Under the pieces are notes generated by a model. The model was not told the origin of the DNA. It made no database searches and saw only the letters and a program-made list of their open reading frames with translations. A stretch of DNA of 48,263 nt from positions 8,879 to 57,141 of the forward strand of contig CAZFJN010000004.1 of assembly GCA_964519595.1 (NCBI GenBank). Direction: 5' to 3'. This DNA is from an uncultured Rickettsiales bacterium (GTDB taxonomy: Bacteria; Pseudomonadota; Alphaproteobacteria; Rickettsiales; SXRF01). Positions 25,901-34,623 of this stretch are shown here, piece by piece. The position numbers and the translations under genes were made by a program. Position 1 is the stretch's first letter. Every line of letters begins with the position of its first letter.

Positions 25901-26293
25901 TTTGTTCCAGCGCATAGCAAAATAGAACAAGGCGAGGCAAAACAATTGCCGCTTACTGCGCTGGTGCTTATCGAATCACAGCTTCTTGCGCGGAATTTTC
26001 CGGACAGTAATTTTCCGCTAACTGCTTCATCAATTGCCTACTGGGCGCTTAAACCTTGCCTTACAGATGATGACAGCGGAGAATTTTCCAAAAGCAAAGA
26101 TGCGAATTATATTGAAATTGAGCATCCGGAAAATATCATCAACCGCGAGAAAGAAGAGCTGTTGGAAAAAATCGCCCGCAGCTTGAGTGATAAAGATTTT
26201 TTCTATAGCGCACCTTACAGCGCAAAAATATCAGAAGAATATGATGATTACGCGCATCTGTCACGTCGCAAGGAATGGAATGGCCAGAGCTGA
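22967..26293 (+). CDS. addB: double-strand break repair protein AddB (alphaproteobacterial type)
   Basis: 1108 aa with a C-terminal PD-(D/E)XK nuclease motif (ARADRVD ... LIDYKTG) and an AddB-type N-terminus (LILLPTRRSCRQL). It carries large in-frame tandem repeats. Confidence 0.88.
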   Translation: MNSAVFYNISPQKDFLATLARYLLARYSDNPLTLAKTLILLPTRRSCRQLHEAFFHISNGKPMLLPRINPIGDLDFDEFNLNDYNLSESDLSEFTSSEFNSSESADCDNIQSNNIACGIMPQMRRLGLLMQLIIRSRPMSSARAYLLAVELARLLDEVYISGLDFSNLDNLAPLELAEHWRQTTDFLRIITHSWPHILQEMNKCDAAFAMRVKTLRLIECWKKNPPPFPVIAAGSTGSIPTTASLLGVIAAMKQGMVILPGLDKNMSEAAWEAIDNTHPQSAIKLLLENSAVHYQDVRELDDQQLDDQHICESDDKQFRAEKLPETQLQDTQAVDKQAIDKQAIDKQTVDKQTVDKQTVDKQTIDKQTIDKQAGDKQLQGFQLDSGQLDSEQSDSSLAEFLSILFMPAPLTAQWREKIENFEAARDLKNIRLLQADTQNEEARMIAFHLRKILETPGKTAAFVTPDRNLAAMVAAECKAYGLNIDDSAGTNLSRTPCGVFMRLICEVSASGAVPQTLLALLQHPFATLGGKVENRQPYRNWLEYNILRGVRLKQGTDSLLEQIILKSPPDNLVTAFKNLQAAIRPLEMLYLRDSPVALAEIIKLHCQAAESIADNDNNSGSDIIWRGEHGEAMAEFFAKWRDDADYFGEIKPHDYSSLFTTALAAEVSRPRYGTHPRLHILSPMEARLLHYDMVIIGDMNEGTLPGLTNPDPWMSIQMRKSFGLADAELNIGRSAHDLWRIMHGKEVILTRARKAAGVPQKPSRWWIRLANILSGKDPELLERIDISEATQKIIKERDKVNYSQTLKRPEPSPPLQARAKSFSVSDLDLWHKDPYAFYAKKILKLRPLPPVDQDPDSAEFGKLIHKTMEIFSSLYPDNLPENALQLLISCGQNVFQPYLSQPAVVNMWYPRFEAIAGSWLKREYFMRRENYHTESECAAKWQFTLANQEISISARADRVDIIGSNISNSFRLIDYKTGFVPAHSKIEQGEAKQLPLTALVLIESQLLARNFPDSNFPLTASSIAYWALKPCLTDDDSGEFSKSKDANYIEIEHPENIINREKEELLEKIARSLSDKDFFYSAPYSAKISEEYDDYAHLSRRKEWNGQS
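23963..24154 (+). repeat. in-frame 15-bp tandem repeats inside addB (about 9 DKQ[AT][IV] units, then 3 Q[LS]DS[GES] units)
   Basis: atagataagcaa[ag]c[ca] units at 23966-24097, and caattagattctg[ga]g units at 24110-24154. These translate to QAVDKQAIDKQAIDKQTVDKQTVDKQTVDKQTIDKQTIDKQAGDKQ ... QLDSGQLDSEQSDS. Confidence 0.9.
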
Positions 26294-26308
26294 TTGAAGA
26301 GCTGATTG
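26286..26308. repeat. 12-bp tandem duplication spanning the addB stop codon
   Basis: agagctgattg at 26286-26296 and 26298-26308. This gives a second in-frame TGA 12 nt after the first. Confidence 0.9.
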
Positions 26309-26333
26309 CAGTGGCTGAACTGAAGCGGAAGAA

Positions 26334-27830
<1,497 letters not shown>

Positions 27831-27931
27831 CTAATATTTTATAAAACTAATTTATAAAAATAACACATAAAACAAATATCAAATATAAAGACTAACTCAA
27901 CATAATTCCAGCATTATATTCCGGACTTATA

Positions 27932-28837
27932 TTAACGCACTCTAGATTCAGGTGGTTTGTAATTATCGAATAAATTACTAATCCCTCTAGTAATTTCTTG
28001 CTTTGTTTCATCAGTTAAACCAATGTTTTCCATACAACTCAATAAAGCGGCCATAATTTTTTGTTTGTCTATTCTTACTTCATCACCATAAGATTCCTTC
28101 ACTGCGCTATGAATTTTTCCAGCTGCTTTTTCAGTAATATTTTTTTGGGTTTTTAATTTCGAAAGAATATCAAATAGCCCAATAAGCACGTCGTCTTTAG
28201 GCGGCACGTTATCTTGAGTGGTGTTGCGAGATTTTGTTAGCAAACTACCAGAACGTGCTGGTTTAAGACTTCCACTTTTGTATGATCCTGGTGGATTAAA
28301 ATCAAGTGCCGCGGCGGTTATATCCCTAATAATCCTTTTACTCTGAGCTGTAATTTTCTTTTGGATGTTGTCAGTAGTGATATCTTCTTCATAACGATCA
28401 AGATATATGGCAGTGCTTTGCTTTTTGTCCCAGTCCGTTATCAATGTTTGTGCTGGCGATGTTCGTGCAATGTCTAACAATCCTCTAACATCTTCAGAAA
28501 ATTTTTCATTCATCAAACTATTTAAGAAAGTCCTCGCTGTTTCACGTTGTTTATCTGTTAATCTGTCCGGTTCTCCTGATCCTCCAGCAATTGCTACAGC
28601 AGAAGCTCTATTTTGACTCATACCAATTCGTTCATTTTGTTCAGGATCATAAAGTCCGGCCAAGTTATCAATTGCAGATCTTACTGGGCATATGGTGTAT
28701 CCATATCCTAATATATGATCAGAATCGTTATCATCGCGAATGGAATAAGTATAAACTCCCATTAGCACTCCCTTATCTCCTGCTCCTATGTCGAATTTAA
28801 AAATAGGTTTAAGTGATCTTTTATCATCATTTTTCAT
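27932..28837 (-). CDS. hypothetical protein (compositionally atypical orphan)
   Basis: 301-aa ORF preceded by a strong SD (GGGGGAGAG, 6 nt before the ATG). No domain recognised, and no signal peptide or TM segment. A hand count over 70 nt gives about 33% GC, against about 44% in adjacent guaB. Confidence 0.6.
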   Translation of the reverse strand: MKNDDKRSLKPIFKFDIGAGDKGVLMGVYTYSIRDDNDSDHILGYGYTICPVRSAIDNLAGLYDPEQNERIGMSQNRASAVAIAGGSGEPDRLTDKQRETARTFLNSLMNEKFSEDVRGLLDIARTSPAQTLITDWDKKQSTAIYLDRYEEDITTDNIQKKITAQSKRIIRDITAAALDFNPPGSYKSGSLKPARSGSLLTKSRNTTQDNVPPKDDVLIGLFDILSKLKTQKNITEKAAGKIHSAVKESYGDEVRIDKQKIMAALLSCMENIGLTDETKQEITRGISNLFDNYKPPESRVR

Positions 28838-28887
28838 ATATACTCTCCCCCGTTACAAATTGTTAGAATCACTAATGATTATAATAT

Positions 28888-30135
28888 TTATACAGCCTGT
28901 TTGGTTTGTTGGCGTTGTCCTCTGTGTTGGAAATTTCGGCGGCGTTTATTGTTATTTTGTTTATTATTGTTGTTGGCCGGACGGTTTGAATTCCAGCGAT
29001 TGCCGCCATTTCCGCCATTTCCGCGCATTTCTGCCTGTGCTTTTCGATATGCTTCCGGATCAAGCAATTTGGTAATGGCCAGCCATTTTTCACGATCCGC
29101 TGAGGTTATCAGATTAACCGCCGAGCCTTCCGCTTCATTACGCGCCGTGCGGCCAATGCGGTGAATATAATCTTCGGCAACTTGTGGCAGATCATAGTTT
29201 ATCACATGTTCAATATGCGGAATATCAAGGCCACGCGCGGCTATATCAGTCGCAACCATTATCCGATGACGTTTTTCGCGGAAAGCTCTAATAACCTGAT
29301 CACGCTTATTCTGGCGCAGATCACCATGAATAGCATCCGCGCTGTGTTTTTCACTACGCAGGCGCTTGGCCATTTTTTCAGCTCCCCATTTGGTTTTCAC
29401 AAAAATAATTATTGAGCCTTCACGTTTGTTAAGCTCAGTAAGCAGCTGATTATATTTAGAATCTTCAGTTACAGAAATATTTTCCTGTTGGATTTTTGCC
29501 ACTGGCTTTGATTCGCCGCCGACTGAAACACGAACCGGATCATTCAGATATTTTTGTGATATTTTAGCGATATTATCAGGGATTGTCGCCGAGAACATCA
29601 AGGTCTGGCGCGTTTGTGGCAGGAATTTGAAAATACGTTCCAGCTGTGGACCAAAGCCCATATCGAGCATACGATCAGTTTCATCAAGAACCAGAAATCC
29701 GGCATCATGCAGCATCAGGCTGCCGCGTTCGAGGTGATCATTAATCCGGCCAGGTGTTCCGACGATGATGCGCGGACGTGAACGTAATTCCTGCAATTGA
29801 CGCGGCATTGACTCACCGCCGATCAGCAGCGCGGAATTAATGCCGCTATTTGCGCCAACCATTGCTTTTAATTGTGATAGAACTTGCGTTGCCAGCTCAC
29901 GAGTTGGCGTTAAAACCAGCGCTGTACCGCGTGCTGATGACAGCAGGCGATTAACCAGAGGAATTCCGAAAGCTCCGGTTTTTCCAGTTCCGGTTTGCGC
30001 TGAGCCTAATATATCGCGTCCCTGCAAAGCCGGAGGAATTGCCTGCGACTGAATAGGAGTAGGCGTTGCAAAGCCCATTTTGGTGAGTGAGGTGAGCAGA
30101 TTCTGGGAAAGTCCCAGAGAGTTGAAATCTTGCAT
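28888..30135 (-). CDS. rhlE: DEAD-box ATP-dependent RNA helicase (RhlE-like)
   Basis: Q motif (GFATPTPIQ), AQTGTGKT, PTRELA, motif II as DETD (VLDETDRM), SAT, and HRIGRTAR. The C-terminal tail is Asn/Arg/Gly-rich. Confidence 0.92.
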   Translation of the reverse strand: MQDFNSLGLSQNLLTSLTKMGFATPTPIQSQAIPPALQGRDILGSAQTGTGKTGAFGIPLVNRLLSSARGTALVLTPTRELATQVLSQLKAMVGANSGINSALLIGGESMPRQLQELRSRPRIIVGTPGRINDHLERGSLMLHDAGFLVLDETDRMLDMGFGPQLERIFKFLPQTRQTLMFSATIPDNIAKISQKYLNDPVRVSVGGESKPVAKIQQENISVTEDSKYNQLLTELNKREGSIIIFVKTKWGAEKMAKRLRSEKHSADAIHGDLRQNKRDQVIRAFREKRHRIMVATDIAARGLDIPHIEHVINYDLPQVAEDYIHRIGRTARNEAEGSAVNLITSADREKWLAITKLLDPEAYRKAQAEMRGNGGNGGNRWNSNRPANNNNKQNNNKRRRNFQHRGQRQQTKQAV

Positions 30136-30478
30136 ATTGAATTATTTTCCTTATCTTTCGTTGTGTTTGTTGTATTACGTTATGTTTAAAAAGGTCAGTT
30201 ACTGGCATTTTGCGAGAAAGTTCTAACGCAGCGATTGCCAGCAAACTCTTTGTCAAACGAACACGTAATCGGGACGAAAAGATAAGAGTTTCAAACCAAA
30301 ACCTGAGAATCCTTATACACTATACATGTGATAAAGCAAGGAGAAATGCAGAAGAAATGCAGTAAAATACACTCTTTGCAATGAAAATTCATGTTTTTAG
30401 AGTTTGAAGCCCTCTCTCAATTTTAAAGCAATTACCAAATTTTAAAGCCCTCACTCGGTTTTAAAGCCCTCTCCCTAA

Positions 30479-30502
30479 CCCTCTCCCGCAAGCGGGAGAG
30501 GG
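30479..30502. repeat. REP-like hairpin ccctctcccgc-aa-gcgggagaggg, preceded by three ttttaaagccctc units
   Basis: 11-bp perfect stem. The ttt[tg]aagccctc units are at about 30403, 30440 and 30459. Confidence 0.7.
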
Positions 30503-30798
30503 AAGCATCTGTTTCGCCGCTGCTGGTGAGTGAATTTTTCTATTCCCAGAGAGGGAGAATTTGTTCAGAATATTTTCTGAGTGTTTCCTAAGTATTTCTT
30601 GAGTATTTCTTGTGTGTTTTCTGAGAGTATCTCTTGATTGTTTCTGCTATTTCATTCTCCGTGAAAATTCTCCATGAAAATTCTCTGTGAAAAAAAATGC
30701 AAAAATATGAAAAAAACACTTTAAATACTATGCCGTTTCATAGTATTATCTGAATTGTCTCCTGCTGGAGCGCTTCGTTAACAAGAAATAGGTGGTTT

Positions 30799-30864
30799 AT
30801 GTTTACCGCAGTCACTCTGTCTTCTGGCAGACGGTTTGTCGGTTTTTTAGCTGGCGAGCCTTAG
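30799..30864 (+). other. candidate 21-codon upstream ORF (MFTAVTLSSGRRFVGFLAGEP) ending 31 nt before the ODC start
   Basis: The ATG at 30799 is preceded by GGTGG, with tight spacing. The stop TAG is at 30862-30864. A perfect 9-bp hairpin aatactatg-ccgttt-catagtatt (30724-30747) lies upstream. Confidence 0.25.
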
Positions 30865-30895
30865 TTTTAACAATCTATTGTAGCAGGCAAAATTA

Positions 30896-32155
30896 ATGAA
30901 CAAAACCATTTCCGAGCCTCCGGGCCGGCTTCGTTCTAAACAGAACGTATTTTCTTTCCCTAATAAATATTCTTTGCAGAACCAGCTTGCAATCGCGCTG
31001 CCAGTTCCTTACGGCTCGGTTGATGATCTGGTGCATGATCTTCGTCCGGAAGAGCCAGTGCAGGCGCTGCGTCCGGCGACTATCGCCATGAGCGCGAAGT
31101 GGTTTCTGCGCCATTTTCCCGGCGATGTGATGTATGCGGTGAAATGCAATCCTGATGCGCGTGTGCTGAAAATTCTGGCGCGCGCTGGAATCAAAAACTA
31201 TGATGTCGCTTCCTTGGCGGAAGTTCGAATGGTGGCGGAGACTTTGCCGGGCGCGAAGCTGTATTTTATGCATCCGGTTAAAAGCCGTCATGCCATTCGT
31301 GACGCTTATTTCCAATATGGCGTGCGTGATTTTTCGCTCGACAGTGTTGAAGAGCTGGAGAAAATCCTTGAAACAACGCAAGGAGCGGAGGATTTAAACC
31401 TCTATCTGCGGTTGGCAGTTGCCAATAATGAAGCTGTTTACAGCTTGTCTGGCAAATTCGGAGTGGCGCTGGAAGATGCGGCGGAGTTGATTGTTAAAAC
31501 CAGAAAAGCGGCGCGTAAATTCGGCATTTGTTTCCATGTCGGCTCACAATGTATGAATCCGCAAGCCTATGCTATGGCGGTGCGCGCGGTTGTTGATCTT
31601 CTCGAAAAAACCGAGGCAAGGCTTGATGTTCTTGATGTTGGCGGTGGTTTTCCTTCTATCTATCCGGGAATGACGCCGCCGCCTTTGGCGCTTTATATGA
31701 AAACCATCAAGAAAATCATAAAATCTTCGCCGTTGATTGAAAACGCGCAGATTATTTGTGAACCTGGCCGGGCGCTGGTTGCGGAAGGAGCGTCTGTAAT
31801 CGTGCAAGTTGATGCGCGTAAGGGCAATATGCTGTTTATTAATGATGGTATTTATGGCAGCTTGTTTGATGCCGGAATTCCGGGTTTTGTTTATCCGGTT
31901 CGCGCTATTCGTCCGGGCGGAGAATTTGTCTCGGAAATTGCTGAATTTGGATTTTATGGTCCGACTTGTGACAGTCTCGACGCGATGCGAGGGCCTTTTG
32001 TGTTGCCTGCGGATATTCGTGAAGGTGACTGGATAGAAATTGGCCAGCTCGGTGCTTACGGGCATACGATGCGGACTAATTTCAACGGCTTTTTCACTGA
32101 CGTTACGGTTGAAGTTATGGACAAACCGTTGCTGAGCATTTTTGATAATGCGTGA
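30896..32155 (+). CDS. type III PLP-dependent ornithine (or lysine/ornithine) decarboxylase
   Basis: YAVKCNPD (PLP Lys), GGGFP, EPGRALV and GPTCDSLD are motifs of the eukaryote-like ODC/DapDC fold. Confidence 0.88.
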   Translation: MNKTISEPPGRLRSKQNVFSFPNKYSLQNQLAIALPVPYGSVDDLVHDLRPEEPVQALRPATIAMSAKWFLRHFPGDVMYAVKCNPDARVLKILARAGIKNYDVASLAEVRMVAETLPGAKLYFMHPVKSRHAIRDAYFQYGVRDFSLDSVEELEKILETTQGAEDLNLYLRLAVANNEAVYSLSGKFGVALEDAAELIVKTRKAARKFGICFHVGSQCMNPQAYAMAVRAVVDLLEKTEARLDVLDVGGGFPSIYPGMTPPPLALYMKTIKKIIKSSPLIENAQIICEPGRALVAEGASVIVQVDARKGNMLFINDGIYGSLFDAGIPGFVYPVRAIRPGGEFVSEIAEFGFYGPTCDSLDAMRGPFVLPADIREGDWIEIGQLGAYGHTMRTNFNGFFTDVTVEVMDKPLLSIFDNA

Positions 32156-32182
32156 TATTTAAATCAGTTATTTTTATTTTTT

Positions 32183-32230
32183 ATTATTAGTAGTTATTAG
32201 TTGGTTATTAGTTGGTTATTAGTGATTATT
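32183..32230. repeat. intergenic STR (gttattagttg units) between the ODC and DHS-like genes
   Basis: ttattag recurs about 5 times with a 9-11-bp period. Confidence 0.8.
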
Positions 32231-32258
32231 ATATTTTGCTTATTATAAGGACAAAAAA

Positions 32259-33311
32259 ATGAAACAGGCGGCTTCTAAAAAGAAAATTTCTGCAAAAGCG
32301 CAAATGCTTTCCAAGGAAGTTCGACATATTGACATTACCTCATTTGATGCACGGCCTATTATTGAGCAGATGGCGAATATGTCGTTTACTGCGCGTGATC
32401 TGGGCAAGGCGGCGGAGATTTACAATATGATGCTCGCTGATAAGAATTGCAGCATTTTCCTTACTCTTGCCGGCAGTACTTCAGCTGGCGGTTGCATGAA
32501 GCTTTATGCTGATTTGGCGCGTAATAATATGATTGATGCGGTGGTGGCAACTGGCGCCTCAATCGTTGATATGGATTTTTTTGAGGCGCTTGGTTTTAAA
32601 CATTATCAAGGCAGCCAGTTTGCTGATGATAAGGATTTGCGCGCTAATTACATTGATCGCATTTATGACACTTATATTGATGAAGAAGAATTACAAGCCT
32701 GCGATCATACAATCAGGAAAATCGCCGACAGTCTGGAATCTCGCCCTTATTCAAGCCGCGAATTCATCTGGGAAATGGGAAAATTTCTGAGCAAAAACGC
32801 TAAGAAAAAATCTTCGCTGATTCAAATTTGTTATGAAAATAACATTCCTATTTTCTGTCCAGCTTTTACTGATTCATCTGCCGGATTTGGCCTTGTCGTT
32901 CATCAAGTAGAGCGTATGAAAAAGAAAAAACCATATCTTACTATTGATTCAATCGCTGATTTCCGTGAGCTTACGGAAATAAAGCTGAAAAGCAAAGCCA
33001 GCGGCTTGTTAATGGTCGGCGGCGGCGTTCCTAAGAATTTTGTGCAAGATACTGTTGTTTGCGCTGAGATACTTGGTCATGATGTTGATATGCACAAATA
33101 TGCCGTGCAGATAACTGTCGCTGATTCAAGAGACGGCGCGTGCAGCAGTTCAACGCTTAAAGAGGCGTGCAGCTGGGGCAAGGTTGATACTGCTTATGAG
33201 CAGATGGTTTTTGCCGAAGCGGGCAGCGTTCTGCCGCTTCTGGCCAGCGACGCATATCACCGTGGACATTGGAAAAAACGCGCTAAACGCAATTTCACGA
33301 AGTTATATTAA
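32259..33311 (+). CDS. deoxyhypusine synthase-like protein (candidate homospermidine synthase)
   Basis: 350 aa with DHS-family blocks (LTLAGSTSAGG, IDAVVATGASIVDMD, GGGVPKNF, AVQITVADSRDG). Confidence 0.85.
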   Translation: MKQAASKKKISAKAQMLSKEVRHIDITSFDARPIIEQMANMSFTARDLGKAAEIYNMMLADKNCSIFLTLAGSTSAGGCMKLYADLARNNMIDAVVATGASIVDMDFFEALGFKHYQGSQFADDKDLRANYIDRIYDTYIDEEELQACDHTIRKIADSLESRPYSSREFIWEMGKFLSKNAKKKSSLIQICYENNIPIFCPAFTDSSAGFGLVVHQVERMKKKKPYLTIDSIADFRELTEIKLKSKASGLLMVGGGVPKNFVQDTVVCAEILGHDVDMHKYAVQITVADSRDGACSSSTLKEACSWGKVDTAYEQMVFAEAGSVLPLLASDAYHRGHWKKRAKRNFTKLY

Positions 33312-33319
33312 GTTATATT
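33300..33319. repeat. perfect 10-bp tandem duplication spanning the stop codon of the DHS-like gene
   Basis: aagttatatt x2. The stop taa is at 33309-33311. Confidence 0.9.
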
Positions 33320-33373
33320 AGAGAAGCTGATAATTCACGCTCTCTATGTAAAATGTTTAGAAAGAGAGCATTG

Positions 33374-34549
33374 TTAAGCTTCTTCGATTTCCTGATTTTC
33401 TGCGTTTGTAGAATTATCAATCATTTCTCTAGGCAGAGATTTTGTGGTTTTTGCGCCTAGTGATTTGATTTTTTCCACGCGGCTGGTCAGGCTGCCATTG
33501 CCTGTTGTCAGCTTGTTCATTGCGCTGTCATAAGCGTTATTAGTTTTTCCCAGACGGTCGCCTATTTCCTGCATATCGCTGACAAAATTGGCGAATTTGT
33601 CGTATAAAGCTCCGGCTTGTCGTGCTATTTCCAGAGCGTTTTTATTCTGCCGCTCAATGCGCCATAGCGAGGCTATTGTCATCAGCGAGGCAAACAGCGT
33701 GGAAGGACAAACCAGCGCGATTTTACGTCCCCAGGCGAAGCTGTGCAGCTCAGGATCATATTGCAAAGCCAGCGAGAAAGCTCCTTCAACTGGCAAAAAC
33801 ATAAAAACAAAATCCGGAGTTTGCAGCTTTTCTATATCCTGATAACGTTTTGCTTCCAGCGCGGTTATATGATTTTTTATTGATTTGACGAATTCCTTAA
33901 GCAGTAGCTCGCGGTTTTCGGTTGTTTCTTCGCGACAATATTTTTCATACGCGGTTAATGATACTTTCGAATCAATTATTATATGTTTATTGTCAGGCAA
34001 ATTCAAAATAACGTCTGGACGAAGAATTCCGCCATCTTCGCCTTTTAAGCGCATTTCCTCCGCCTGAATTATGTAATCTACATTTTTGGTAAGACCTGAT
34101 TCGGCAAGGATTCTCTCCAGCATAACCTCGCCCCAGTTGCCTTGCGCCTTTACATCGCCGCGCAGAGCTTTAGTTAAGCTTTCCGTTTGCAGGCGCATTT
34201 GTTCGTTCATCGTTACAATGCGCGCTATTTCAGCTTTAAGAGTATGTTGTTCTTTTCCTGAATTGTTGAATTTTTCATCAACATTTTTTTGAAACTCGCT
34301 GATTTTCTGCGCCAGCGGATGCAGAATATCGCCAATTTTCCGCTCTGATTGCGAGGAGAATTTTTTGCTCACCTCGTCAAATAATTCCTGAGCGGTATTG
34401 CGAAATTCCAGCTTCATGGTTTCGCGCATTTGCTGATTTAGTAAAATACGTTCACGCATTTGCGCCAGCCGCAACGACAACCAGAAACAAGTAGCCGCAA
34501 AAGCGCCGCCGATTATTGCAATCACTACTAGCCAATTTGCGCTAATCAT
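33374..34549 (-). CDS. rmuC: DNA recombination protein RmuC
   Basis: N-terminal TM segment, a long coiled coil, and a RmuC C-terminal nuclease-like region (GNWGEVMLERILAESGL ... PDVILNLPDNKHIIIDSKVSL). Confidence 0.9.
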   Translation of the reverse strand: MISANWLVVIAIIGGAFAATCFWLSLRLAQMRERILLNQQMRETMKLEFRNTAQELFDEVSKKFSSQSERKIGDILHPLAQKISEFQKNVDEKFNNSGKEQHTLKAEIARIVTMNEQMRLQTESLTKALRGDVKAQGNWGEVMLERILAESGLTKNVDYIIQAEEMRLKGEDGGILRPDVILNLPDNKHIIIDSKVSLTAYEKYCREETTENRELLLKEFVKSIKNHITALEAKRYQDIEKLQTPDFVFMFLPVEGAFSLALQYDPELHSFAWGRKIALVCPSTLFASLMTIASLWRIERQNKNALEIARQAGALYDKFANFVSDMQEIGDRLGKTNNAYDSAMNKLTTGNGSLTSRVEKIKSLGAKTTKSLPREMIDNSTNAENQEIEEA

Positions 34550-34623
34550 TATACAATGTCCTGAATATTTATTACGATACTTGATTAAATACTTACTCTA
34601 ATCCTTACTCTAAGCCTTGCTCT

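Noticed and set aside
30893-32065. Minus-strand ORFs 30893-31381 and 31544-32065
   Set aside because: These are Arg/His-rich antisense translations of the ornithine decarboxylase gene, whose sense frame has all the family motifs.
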